Source of the DNA: a virus
Direction: 5' to 3' (one strand)
Length of the DNA stretch: 64,000 bases
IMG/VR virus record: IMGVR_UViG_3300014720_000002
The translations under genes and the position numbers were made by a program. Position 1 is the stretch's first letter, and the number at the start of each line of letters is the position of its first letter. Positions 1 through 8,237 of this stretch are shown here, one piece after another. The notes under the pieces were generated by a model that saw nothing but the letters and a program-made list of their open reading frames with translations, was not told where the DNA came from and searched no databases.

Positions 1-2160
1 CTGACTGGTTCATCGCCGAAATTTAGTCTGGTCCAGCGAAACCTCCTGTCGAAGGATGTGGACTACGTGGGGCGGGGCACCATCGGCGTTGATCCCGACC
101 TGGGTATGGACGAGGTCGGCATCCCGGACGAGATGGCCTGGAAGCTCTACGCGCCGTTCATCCAGCGGCGGCTGGTCCGGGCTGGCATGTCGCCGGAGCA
201 GGCGGTCAAGCAGATCAAGGACCGGACCAAGGAAGCGGAGAAGATGATGGACGGCGAGATGGCGGAACGCCCGGTGATGTATTCTCGCGCTCCGTCCTGG
301 CACAAGTTCAATTTTGTGGCGGGCATGCCCAAGCGGCGGACGGGCAGCACGATCATGGTGAATCCGTTCGTGACGACTGGCCTGAACGCCGACTTTGACG
401 GAGATTGCGGTAGATTTGTGTTGAGGATAAAGAGGAATGTGGAGACAGTGGCTGGCATAACATCACCTACCACTGAAATCAAGCTGAGCGAGCAAGTCAT
501 GCACATCGACCAGATGCCCCGCATCGAGGACACCGCGGTCGAGAAGTCTGCGCGCGTGACCGAATGGGATGTCCCCGCTGGCACGCAGCTTTACGCGATT
601 GACCTCAAGACCGGACAGCACGCCTGGGCGGATGTCACCAAGGTCAGCCTCCATCGCAACCTGGTGGCTTACACCGTCCAGCTTGCCTGCGGTGAGATGC
701 TGGTCGTCAGCGAGGACCACAGCGTCATCACCTACAACCCGGCGACTGGCGCGCTGGAGAAGACCAAGCCGGCCGATGGGGTCGGTCAGTTCGTTCCGCG
801 CGCCACGCGCATGTCCACGGCCAAGCCCATTGAGCAGGTGATCGCCAGCCGGGAGGGGCATGAGTGGAAGTTGAAGCTGACCCGTGATGTGGGCGTGTTC
901 CTGGGGCTGCTGGCGGGAGATGGTTGCATGATGGGTGACCATGTTCTGGCCCTTTACGGCACTGGATTTAAGGCCGCCAACCGCGCCAAGTTCACGGAGG
1001 TGGTGCAGTCGGGAGCACTGCCTTACGGACAGCATGTGGGCGAGCTTTCATGGGTGGCGGACAGCTTGGGCGGAGGTTCTGGGCTGCGCGAGCGTAGCCA
1101 GGTCGGCAACACCGCCTGGTTCAGCCGCTGGCTGCAGGATCACATCGGACACGGCGCGCTGAACAAGCGCGTGCCGGCCTTCTCCCTGCAGGCCGGGCCG
1201 GAACACCTCATGGGCGTTCTGGATGGGCTGCTGTCCTCGGACGGATCGGTGTCGGTCAGCCGGGCTAAAAAGAAGCCGCAACTGCTGGTGAACTTCAGCA
1301 CTTCCAGCCCAGACCTCGGGCTGAGCATCCAGGAAGTCTGTCGGCTGCTTGGTGTGGCGACGCACGTCACGCCCTACAAGTCACCCACCAGCGGCAAGGA
1401 CGCCTGGATCATCACACTGTCCACCGTGGGGTTGAAGAGCCTGGTCGCGGAGCGCCAGTTCACGCTCACCCACCCGGAGAAGAACCGCATCCTGCAGGAA
1501 CACATCGATGAGGTCAGCACGAACCGGGGTGGTGATGTGGTGCCTTATCCGCTGCACCTGCACAAGTTGATGCAGGCTGCGCATGTGGATCACACGGGCG
1601 GCAAGAAGAAACCCAGCGGCAAGACCGACTTCGGCTCGCTCGACCAGTGGAAGATGCACGGGGTGTGGTCGCGCGGCGCTGCCTTGCAGTGGATGGATGC
1701 TTACCTAAAGACCACCACCGGTATCATGAACCCCGAGCCGTTCATGCAGTATCGCTCGCTGATGGCGGACCGGTCGCTGCGCTGGGAGCGGGTGGAGAAG
1801 GCCGACCGGATGCACGATCCGATGGACATGTGGGACGTGACCATCCCTGGACCTTACACGTTTGCCACGTCGTCCGGCCTGTTCGTGCAGGATACCGTCG
1901 CCGTCCACCTCCCCATCATGGACGCGACGGTGAGCGACGCGAAGAACAAGCTGATGCCCTCCAAGATGCTGCTCAGCCCCAAGGACCGCGACAAGGTGGT
2001 GCCGGGGCTGAAGCAGGAGCAGATCCTCGGACTGCACAACGCCCAGGCTCGCCCCGCCCTGGCCAAGCACGTCTTCCCGGATGAGCGCAGCGCCATGATG
2101 GCCATCCGGGCGGGCAAGGTGCGGATGAGCGACGAGATCGAGATCACAAGTCCGGCTTGA
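1..2160 (+). CDS. rpoC: Phage multisubunit RNA polymerase beta' subunit, N-terminal half (5' truncated by window edge), intein-containing
   Basis: Frame is open from base 1 (LTGSSPKFSLVQRNLLSKDVDYVGRGTI, cf. RQNLLGKRVDYSGRSVI). It contains RAPSWHK (cf. RAPTLHR) and NADFDGD. After the intein it reads TVAVHLP...MLLSP...QEQILGL (cf. QMAVHVP...ILSP...QDVVLGL). Confidence 0.95.
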   Translation: MTGSSPKFSLVQRNLLSKDVDYVGRGTIGVDPDLGMDEVGIPDEMAWKLYAPFIQRRLVRAGMSPEQAVKQIKDRTKEAEKMMDGEMAERPVMYSRAPSWHKFNFVAGMPKRRTGSTIMVNPFVTTGLNADFDGDCGRFVLRIKRNVETVAGITSPTTEIKLSEQVMHIDQMPRIEDTAVEKSARVTEWDVPAGTQLYAIDLKTGQHAWADVTKVSLHRNLVAYTVQLACGEMLVVSEDHSVITYNPATGALEKTKPADGVGQFVPRATRMSTAKPIEQVIASREGHEWKLKLTRDVGVFLGLLAGDGCMMGDHVLALYGTGFKAANRAKFTEVVQSGALPYGQHVGELSWVADSLGGGSGLRERSQVGNTAWFSRWLQDHIGHGALNKRVPAFSLQAGPEHLMGVLDGLLSSDGSVSVSRAKKKPQLLVNFSTSSPDLGLSIQEVCRLLGVATHVTPYKSPTSGKDAWIITLSTVGLKSLVAERQFTLTHPEKNRILQEHIDEVSTNRGGDVVPYPLHLHKLMQAAHVDHTGGKKKPSGKTDFGSLDQWKMHGVWSRGAALQWMDAYLKTTTGIMNPEPFMQYRSLMADRSLRWERVEKADRMHDPMDMWDVTIPGPYTFATSSGLFVQDTVAVHLPIMDATVSDAKNKLMPSKMLLSPKDRDKVVPGLKQEQILGLHNAQARPALAKHVFPDERSAMMAIRAGKVRMSDEIEITSPA
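406..1893 (+). mobile_element. Intein (496 aa) with LAGLIDADG homing endonuclease, inserted right after NADFDGD
   Basis: Starts at Cys (TGC 406). Block B is VVSEDHSV. Endonuclease blocks are VFLGLLAGDG and VLDGLLSSDG. Block F/G is MWDVTIPGPYTFATSSGLFVQD|T. Removing it restores NADFDGD-TVAVHLP. Confidence 0.92.
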
Positions 2161-2855
2161 CAACGGCGAGGTTGCTCCCAAGCTGGCCGGGCATGACTCC
2201 AGATGATGCGGCTGACATCTTCACGGATCGCTGCGAAGGCGGCGCCTGGAGGGACAATGACACCTGTGATTTCTGTGGCGGCTGCCGGCCGTCCATCGCG
2301 CTGGCCGCCATCAAGGCGGGTGCGACGGTGAGCCCCACGGATAAGAGCTACAAACGCTACGTGGAGGGCGGCGATGTGCGCGTGCCCAGTTGCGGCGGCA
2401 AGCTCTACCTGAACCACTTCAGCGAAGCCCAGGCACTGGAGTTCGTGCGGCTGGACGTGACGGGCCAGATGCGGGTGGCACATCCTGGCTACTTCTACTC
2501 CAAGCTGGCCTTCGGACGTTACAAGGACTCTATCCAGGCGTTGCTGGCCGAGTTGTGCCCAGGTGACAACGCAGAGTCGCCGGTGACTCAGCCCGTCGCA
2601 CCCAAGCCGCCGGAACCCACCCGCACTCCCGGCTCACCGCCGGATGGCATGACCTCCCGCGTGCATGTGCTGCCGCTGGATGACCTGCAGTTCCACGCCG
2701 CCTCTGACCTCTGCTGGTGTCGGCCTACGTTCCTCCCGTCCGGGGTGATCTGCCATCACGCACTGGACGGTCGCGAGGCGGCTGAACGACAGCACGGCTT
2801 TGGCACTGGACGCGGCTGGCTCAAGCAGATCGAATACGTGCCTCTCCCAACATGA
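2157..2855 (+). CDS. Hypothetical protein with two small Cys/His-rich modules joined by a Pro-rich linker
   Basis: N-part has CDFCGG...PTDKSYK...KLYLNH; C-part has HVLPLDDLQFH...CWCRP...CHHALDGRE. TTG start overlaps the previous stop, and ATG 2193 is an alternative start. Confidence 0.6.
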   Translation: MTTARLLPSWPGMTPDDAADIFTDRCEGGAWRDNDTCDFCGGCRPSIALAAIKAGATVSPTDKSYKRYVEGGDVRVPSCGGKLYLNHFSEAQALEFVRLDVTGQMRVAHPGYFYSKLAFGRYKDSIQALLAELCPGDNAESPVTQPVAPKPPEPTRTPGSPPDGMTSRVHVLPLDDLQFHAASDLCWCRPTFLPSGVICHHALDGREAAERQHGFGTGRGWLKQIEYVPLPT

Positions 2856-3154
2856 ATGCACCCAAAGGTTGTCTCCGTCTGATTCCGGCCCTCGCTGGCG
2901 CAGCCGCGCTGGCCATCATCCCGCTGCTGCTCATCCTGATGGCGTGTCGCGCCGACATGCCGCGCGCCAAGGACGGACAGGGCGTGGAGTTCGTCTGCAT
3001 CAGCAAAGCCATTCCCGGCACACCGGACAAGCCGGGCACTGCGGACTTGTGGCAGAAGGTCGGTGAGACCGGCACCAATCACCCCGTCTATCTGCGCCTG
3101 CTGCAGACGGACCCCAGCCAGCCGTCCATGTTCACCCGAGTATCTCAACCATGA
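2852..3154 (+). CDS. Small putative lipoprotein (o-spanin-like candidate)
   Basis: Basic N-terminus and hydrophobic stretch ending in lipobox-like LMA-C. 100 aa and Pro-rich. ATGA overlaps on both sides. Confidence 0.5.
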   Translation: MNAPKGCLRLIPALAGAAALAIIPLLLILMACRADMPRAKDGQGVEFVCISKAIPGTPDKPGTADLWQKVGETGTNHPVYLRLLQTDPSQPSMFTRVSQP

Positions 3155-4290
3155 AAACTCCCCTTGAGAAATCCCTGTTCATCTTGGTCGCCCTGATCCT
3201 CTGCCTGGGCAGTGCTTGTCCTGAGCGCAAGCCAACTGGTCCAGCCGGCGCCACCCCGCCAGCGCAGACGGGCAAGCTACCGCAGGCCATCTCCCTGGCG
3301 GAGAGCAACGCGGCTGCCGCCCTGGTGGCGCTGGACAAGAAGTTCGCAGCACTGCAGGCCGAGTATGATGCGCTGAAGCAGAGCGCGGCCAAGGCATCGG
3401 CCCAGGTGGGATCGGCCAACATCGCCAACACCAACCAGCCACCCTCCCCGGCGACGCAGGTGGTGGACCGGGAGACCAAGCTGGCCATGACGAACCTGCC
3501 GCCCCAGGACGTGACCGAGGCGCTGGAGGCGGCCAAGCGGCGCATGGCGCTGTTGGAAGGCCGCACCGTGGAGGCCGAGGCGCTCTATAAGACGGCGCAG
3601 ACCGAGGCCGATCGGATGAAGGCGGAGCAGGCCAAGCTCAAGGCCGACACCGAGACAGCCCGGCAGGAGGCGGAAGCACAACGGCAGAAGGCCGCCGCCG
3701 CCCAGGCCGCGCTGGTGCAGGCGCAGAAGGAGCAGGCCGCCGAAGTGGAACGGAACCGGGCCGCCAACCAGGCGAAGCTGGATGACGCGGAACGCCGGGT
3801 GAAGGAGGCCCAGGACAAGGCTGCCGCCGAGCAGCACAAGTTCATCTTCCGCACGTTGCTGGGGGTGGGCATTGGTCTGTTCGTGGCCGGGGTGGTGATG
3901 ATCGCGCTCACCAACGGAGTAGCGTTGATGAAGGGCGGCCTGCTGTCCGCTGGTGGTGCGGTGGCGATTGGATTGGCCCAAGTCATCTCGAATCCTTGGT
4001 TCGACAAGGTGTTGACGGCCGCCATCGTGCTCGGTGTGTTTGCTTTCGTGGGATACCTCATCTGGGAGCGGAAGGAGGCGCAGGAGCGCAAGAAGGTGAA
4101 GGAGGAACTGCAGCAGACGCAGGAGGCCAGCGCCTTCATCGTCAAGGCCATCGACGACGAGGGCCTGGTGGTAAAGGACAACGCCAAGACGGCGTTTGGT
4201 CGGCATCTGTCCGGCGCGATGGACCGGAAACACAAGCAGGTCATTGCCAAGATCCGCAACGAGGTCGTGCCCGCCATCAAGATGTCATGA
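3151..4290 (+). CDS. Lipoprotein-signal / long coiled-coil / C-terminal transmembrane protein (spanin-like candidate)
   Basis: Signal peptide ends LILCLGSA-C. A long Ala/Glu/Lys/Gln coiled coil follows, then 2-3 hydrophobic helices near the C-terminus. Confidence 0.6.
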   Translation: MKTPLEKSLFILVALILCLGSACPERKPTGPAGATPPAQTGKLPQAISLAESNAAAALVALDKKFAALQAEYDALKQSAAKASAQVGSANIANTNQPPSPATQVVDRETKLAMTNLPPQDVTEALEAAKRRMALLEGRTVEAEALYKTAQTEADRMKAEQAKLKADTETARQEAEAQRQKAAAAQAALVQAQKEQAAEVERNRAANQAKLDDAERRVKEAQDKAAAEQHKFIFRTLLGVGIGLFVAGVVMIALTNGVALMKGGLLSAGGAVAIGLAQVISNPWFDKVLTAAIVLGVFAFVGYLIWERKEAQERKKVKEELQQTQEASAFIVKAIDDEGLVVKDNAKTAFGRHLSGAMDRKHKQVIAKIRNEVVPAIKMS

Positions 4291-4775
4291 GCAACACCAC
4301 CGAAAAATCCGACGAGGTGCGCAGCCTCAAGCGCGCGTTGATCGACCACATGGTCACGACGATGGTGGCCGGCATGATGTCGGGCTTCCTGTTCCTGATC
4401 TGGCATCTCTACTCCACGCTGGAGAAGCGGGTGAGCGAGACCGAGCGGGAGAACGCCGCCGCGCTGCTGGTGCTCAAGGAGTCGGCCATCAGCTACAAGG
4501 TCCGGCTGGACATGCTGGACCGGGAAATGGCTCGGCGGCAGGAGACCCCGGCCGCTGTGGCGGCAGCACCTGCGCCAGCGCCCAAACCGGAGCCATCCTT
4601 CTGGACTGCACCGCCAGCGCGCACCAACAACCCGCCGTCCTTTCAGCAGCAGGGCCAGCAACAGCAGTCCTACGCACCACCCATGCTCCGGCAGTCGCCG
4701 GTGGCGGATGTGGAGGCGGCGCGCGACGAACTCCGCAAGAAGATCAGCGACCTCAAACCCGGCAGCAAACCATGA
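4287..4775 (+). CDS. Single-TM protein with coiled coil - Pro-rich linker - coiled coil (i-spanin/Rz-like architecture)
   Basis: ATG 4287 overlaps the previous stop (ATGA). TM is MVTTMVAGMMSGFLFLIW, followed by helix, Pro/Ala linker, helix. Confidence 0.55.
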   Translation: MSNTTEKSDEVRSLKRALIDHMVTTMVAGMMSGFLFLIWHLYSTLEKRVSETERENAAALLVLKESAISYKVRLDMLDREMARRQETPAAVAAAPAPAPKPEPSFWTAPPARTNNPPSFQQQGQQQQSYAPPMLRQSPVADVEAARDELRKKISDLKPGSKP

Positions 4776-4951
4776 CCGTCCTGTTCTGCATCTATCTCGT
4801 CCTCGGCATCGCGTGGGCCATCTACGCTGGTCGCATGCAGTTCAAGAGTGGCCTGTCCAGTCGCATGGACCTGCAGTTCTGGCTGTGCATTAGTCTCAAT
4901 CTCGTGCTGTGGCCGCTGGGCGTGATCAGTGCATGGATGGCGCGGCGGTAG
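4772..4951 (+). CDS. Small two-TM membrane protein (holin-like candidate)
   Basis: 59 aa with two hydrophobic helices and a basic C-terminus (MARR). ATGA overlap. Confidence 0.5.
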   Translation: MTVLFCIYLVLGIAWAIYAGRMQFKSGLSSRMDLQFWLCISLNLVLWPLGVISAWMARR

Positions 4952-5014
4952 AGCGACTCGCCGGCCAGGTGCTTTGCGAATTGCGCGGCAACCGATGGTG
5001 CGTTACACACAGGC

Positions 5015-5686
5015 ATGCCCGAAACGACACCGGCAGCAAAGACGGGTTTGCTCGCAACTCTGCGGGGTAAGGCCGTCGCCTTCATTATCCGCTCCAAAGC
5101 CCTGGCCAGCCGGACCCTCCAGCGTGCCAAGGACTTGTCCCGCGGCGTCACCCGTGCACGCAGCGACCGATGGGACACCGTGAGGGACGCCTACCTGAAG
5201 TCGCACCCGTGGTGTGCCGCCTGCGGCTGCCGGGACGCCAAGGTGCTCAACGGCCACCACCGAAAACCTTTCCACCTCTTCCCGGATTTGGAACTCGACC
5301 CAACGAACTTCATCACGCTGTGTGAGACCAGCCGGCGCTGTCATCTGGATGTCGGACACGAGGGCAACTGGAAGGCATGGAACCCGGCGGTTGATGGCCA
5401 GGCCAAGCGCATGCTGCGGCTGCGTTCGCAGCGGGGCGAGATGGACGCCATGTCGGTGTGTCCGACACCGGGACGCAATGTGCGCACCAACGCGGCCCGG
5501 TTGGCTGAGTTGCTGGAGATGTGGCAGGCCTTGCCGCCGACCGGCCCTTCCCGCGCCAACCTGGTGAAGAGCGTGCTGCGACAGGATCCCGTGCTGCACG
5601 ACGCGCTCAAGCGCGAGATTGAACGGATTGAGTCGGCTGCAGGCTTGCCTCCCGCCCCACCTTCCGCTACGCTGCCGCCACAATGA
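5015..5686 (+). CDS. HNH endonuclease
   Basis: RSDRWDTVRDAYLKSHPWCAACG...GHHRKPFHLFPDLELDPTNFITLCE...CHLDVGH is a classic HNH with Zn-binding CxxC pairs. Confidence 0.88.
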   Translation: MPETTPAAKTGLLATLRGKAVAFIIRSKALASRTLQRAKDLSRGVTRARSDRWDTVRDAYLKSHPWCAACGCRDAKVLNGHHRKPFHLFPDLELDPTNFITLCETSRRCHLDVGHEGNWKAWNPAVDGQAKRMLRLRSQRGEMDAMSVCPTPGRNVRTNAARLAELLEMWQALPPTGPSRANLVKSVLRQDPVLHDALKREIERIESAAGLPPAPPSATLPPQ

Positions 5687-5802
5687 CATACCGGACGAAC
5701 AGTATTTCGCCGGCTTTGTGTTTCATGCCCTGCACAGGAGCCCTTCAGCGGCACACCAAGCTGGTTTCTTCGTGCAAGCAAGGGGGCGCAGGGCGTTGAC
5801 GC

Positions 5803-6597
5803 ATGCCTTCCTGGTCCAAAGATCTCGGTAACTTCGGCCGGCTGTCCAATGCCGACCGCCTCATGCTGTCTCTGCGCATTGGTGGCGCGGTGGCGCCTTA
5901 CCTGAACTTCATCCCCTTCGCCACCACGACCCGGCTGGCCCGGGGACAGGGTGGCGAGGGTGCGCAGTTGGGAGCGTTCGAGGATGTGGGTCGTGGCGTG
6001 GGCGGCCTGGGCGGAATGGCCGCCGCCATCCAGGGTGGCAAGTCGGTGAAGAGCCGTGCGGCAGCCATCGCATTGCTGCTGGGTGGTGAGACGATGGGCG
6101 CGATGCTCGGCCATGCCGGCGGCAACGCCATTGGGCAGAGTGTCCTCAAGCAGTCGTCGGCCAACACGCTGGACCGCACGTTGCCGGTGCTCTCGCCCTA
6201 CGAGACAGAGCAGCGCAGCCTGACGCACCAGGGCTGGCGCGGCATTGGCACCGGGCTGCTGACGGATCTGGGCTACACGCTGGGCGGAATTGGTGGTGCA
6301 GGTGCCGGGGCGCTGGCGGGTGCGAATGCCCATGCGCTCACCACGGGCGACTGGCAGCCGGTCAGGTGGCTCACCCAGATGGCCCAGCGCAAGCATGTGC
6401 CGCTGCGCGAGCGTCCTCATCTGTCGGGCCGCCTCATGCTCACCATGCTGGGTGGCCTGGGGCTGGGCGGACTGGCTGGCGGAATGCTGGGCCACGACCT
6501 GGGCGAAAACGCCGGCGAAGCGCTGCTGCAGCCCCATCGCACGAACGCCAAAGAGCTTGCGCTTTACAAGCTGCGGAAATTTCTCGACAATCCCTGA
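5803..6597 (+). CDS. Gly-rich, glycine-zipper membrane-type protein (possible internal virion protein)
   Basis: Several GxxxGxxxG hydrophobic segments, e.g. GGETMGAMLGHAGGNAIG and LGGLGLGGLAGGMLG. Confidence 0.6.
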   Translation: MPSWSKDLGNFGRLSNADRLMLSLRIGGAVAPYLNFIPFATTTRLARGQGGEGAQLGAFEDVGRGVGGLGGMAAAIQGGKSVKSRAAAIALLLGGETMGAMLGHAGGNAIGQSVLKQSSANTLDRTLPVLSPYETEQRSLTHQGWRGIGTGLLTDLGYTLGGIGGAGAGALAGANAHALTTGDWQPVRWLTQMAQRKHVPLRERPHLSGRLMLTMLGGLGLGGLAGGMLGHDLGENAGEALLQPHRTNAKELALYKLRKFLDNP

Positions 6598-6599
6598 AC

Positions 6600-7109
6600 G
6601 TGAACACGGCCCCGAACGATTCTTTCAGCAAGGCACTTTCCGCAGTCCGTGCCGCCCGTGAACAGGTCGCCAAGCTCGCCTTCGTGCCGCTCCCGCCGGA
6701 TCAACCGGCCCCGCCGCAACAAGCCATGCCGATGGATCCCAGCATGGCCGGCGGTGGAATGGCACCTGGCATGATGCAAGGCGACCCGGCAGCAATGCCT
6801 CCGGGTGACCCGATGGCGGCTCAGGCCGGTGGTGTCCCGCCAGGCATGGCGCCCATGATGCCCCAGGGCGCACCACCGGCCGAACCGATGCCGCAGGAAG
6901 ATCTCGGCCCGGTGATCGAGCAGATCATGCAGGCCATGCAGGCGGTGGACGAAACGCTCCGCCAGTTCGCGCAGGAACATTCCCAGCTTGCCCAGCAGGT
7001 GGAGCAGTTGGGACAGCAGATGCAGCAGATTGTCCAGCAGCACGAGATGCTGATGGAGGCGATCAAGGAACCCTCTCCGATGGATGGCAGTGTGCAGCAG
7101 CCGATGTGA
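6600..7109 (+). CDS. Low-complexity Pro/Met/Gly/Gln-rich protein with C-terminal coiled coil
   Basis: GTG 6600 follows the stop at 6597. VAKLAFVP (KxA) precedes the low-complexity region, then a Gln-rich helix. Confidence 0.6.
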   Translation: MNTAPNDSFSKALSAVRAAREQVAKLAFVPLPPDQPAPPQQAMPMDPSMAGGGMAPGMMQGDPAAMPPGDPMAAQAGGVPPGMAPMMPQGAPPAEPMPQEDLGPVIEQIMQAMQAVDETLRQFAQEHSQLAQQVEQLGQQMQQIVQQHEMLMEAIKEPSPMDGSVQQPM

Positions 7110-7111
7110 AC

Positions 7112-7486
7112 ATGAACCCTACCCTTAAACTTGAACTGTCGTTGTGCCTGGTGAAGCAGGCCGACATGTCTGGCATGGGCGGGGCCGCCTCCGGCCTGTT
7201 GGGCTGGCCGGGCGCTGCGCTCTACGGCGGGTTGGCTTCCGACAAACATCCCGGACGTGACGCGGCGATGATGGCTGGTGGCAGCATGGCTGGAGGAACA
7301 GCGGGTGCCCTCGGTGCCTACCTTCTCTCGGCCCTGGCCGCGCGCAACCGGCCTGGTGCCTTGGGCGGTTCGTTGGTCGCGGCTCTGCTCGGTAGCACAG
7401 CGGGATCGGCTGCTGGCTCCGGTCTTACTGCCCGCCATCTCGCACAGGACAACACGCCGCACTGGCGCAAGGCCCTCGGACTCTAA
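7112..7486 (+). CDS. Small Gly-zipper protein with LVKQA leader (putative head-packaged protein)
   Basis: MNPTLKLELSLCLVKQAD is followed by Gly/Ala-rich hydrophobic helices. Confidence 0.6.
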   Translation: MNPTLKLELSLCLVKQADMSGMGGAASGLLGWPGAALYGGLASDKHPGRDAAMMAGGSMAGGTAGALGAYLLSALAARNRPGALGGSLVAALLGSTAGSAAGSGLTARHLAQDNTPHWRKALGL

Positions 7487-7489
7487 CCC

Positions 7490-7717
7490 ATGCTCCGCCT
7501 CCGCCATCAAGACGGCAAGCTCACGGAAGTCCCCGCCGGGGTCTTCGTGGAGATTGTCGATCCGGGCACGCAGAAGTTGGGTGCCGCGCTCTTCTCACCC
7601 CGACCCGGCGAAGTCCTGCAGATCACGCCCGGCTCACCGGACGCGCGGCGCTACACCACCATGTTCCCTGGCGTCCAGTTTGCCGATGCGGTGATCCCCC
7701 GCTCCAGCCATGTCTGA
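7490..7717 (+). CDS. Hypothetical protein
   Basis: Fills the gap between neighbours with typical codon usage. Confidence 0.6.
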   Translation: MLRLRHQDGKLTEVPAGVFVEIVDPGTQKLGAALFSPRPGEVLQITPGSPDARRYTTMFPGVQFADAVIPRSSHV

Positions 7718-8225
7718 CCTGCGCACCATGTCCAAGGCCGTCGCCGCTGGCAACCGCGCCACCACCGCGGACGCGATGGCCATGCAGGTGCCGTTCTTCT
7801 TCCCTGGTCGGCTGGTGGATGGGCAGACGCTGGGCTGGCTGCGCATCGCACGGCGCGAGATGTGGCTGGCTGGCTTCCGCGTGGACGCCAAGCTGCCCGG
7901 CGGCACGTCACTGACCCGCGCTGGCTTCCAGTTGTGCCGGGGCGACCTGCAGGCGATCTCGGGCGCGAAGCTGACGCTGGCTGGTGTCGTTCCGTCGGGC
8001 GAGCTTCGCCTGAACCCTGACTTCCCCATGCCGGCGGAGTCGCTGTGGACGGTGAAGCTGCTGAACGAATCTGGCGATGCCGTTGACACGCTACCGGCTG
8101 ACCTTACGCTGACCTACTGGCTGCGCTACGCGCCTGGTCCGTCGGGCAGCCTCAACTGGACGCCTTACTCCCTGCAGTCCGGCATTGGCTTCTACCAGGT
8201 CGGTGATACCTTCGTCGTCGGCTAA
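7710..8225 (+). CDS. Hypothetical virion-associated protein
   Basis: Beta-rich, ends with GIGFYQVGDTFVVG and sits directly upstream of a fibre-like gene. Confidence 0.55.
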   Translation: MSDLRTMSKAVAAGNRATTADAMAMQVPFFFPGRLVDGQTLGWLRIARREMWLAGFRVDAKLPGGTSLTRAGFQLCRGDLQAISGAKLTLAGVVPSGELRLNPDFPMPAESLWTVKLLNESGDAVDTLPADLTLTYWLRYAPGPSGSLNWTPYSLQSGIGFYQVGDTFVVG

Positions 8226-8237
8226 CGCCTCACTACC

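Noticed and set aside
5619-5831. Frame reading DEQYFAGFVFHAL...GFFVQA, resembling the F-x-x-G-F leader of cargo proteins upstream of 5803
   Set aside because: It has no in-frame start after the HNH stop and would need two frameshifts. It may be a decayed leader, but the evidence is too weak.
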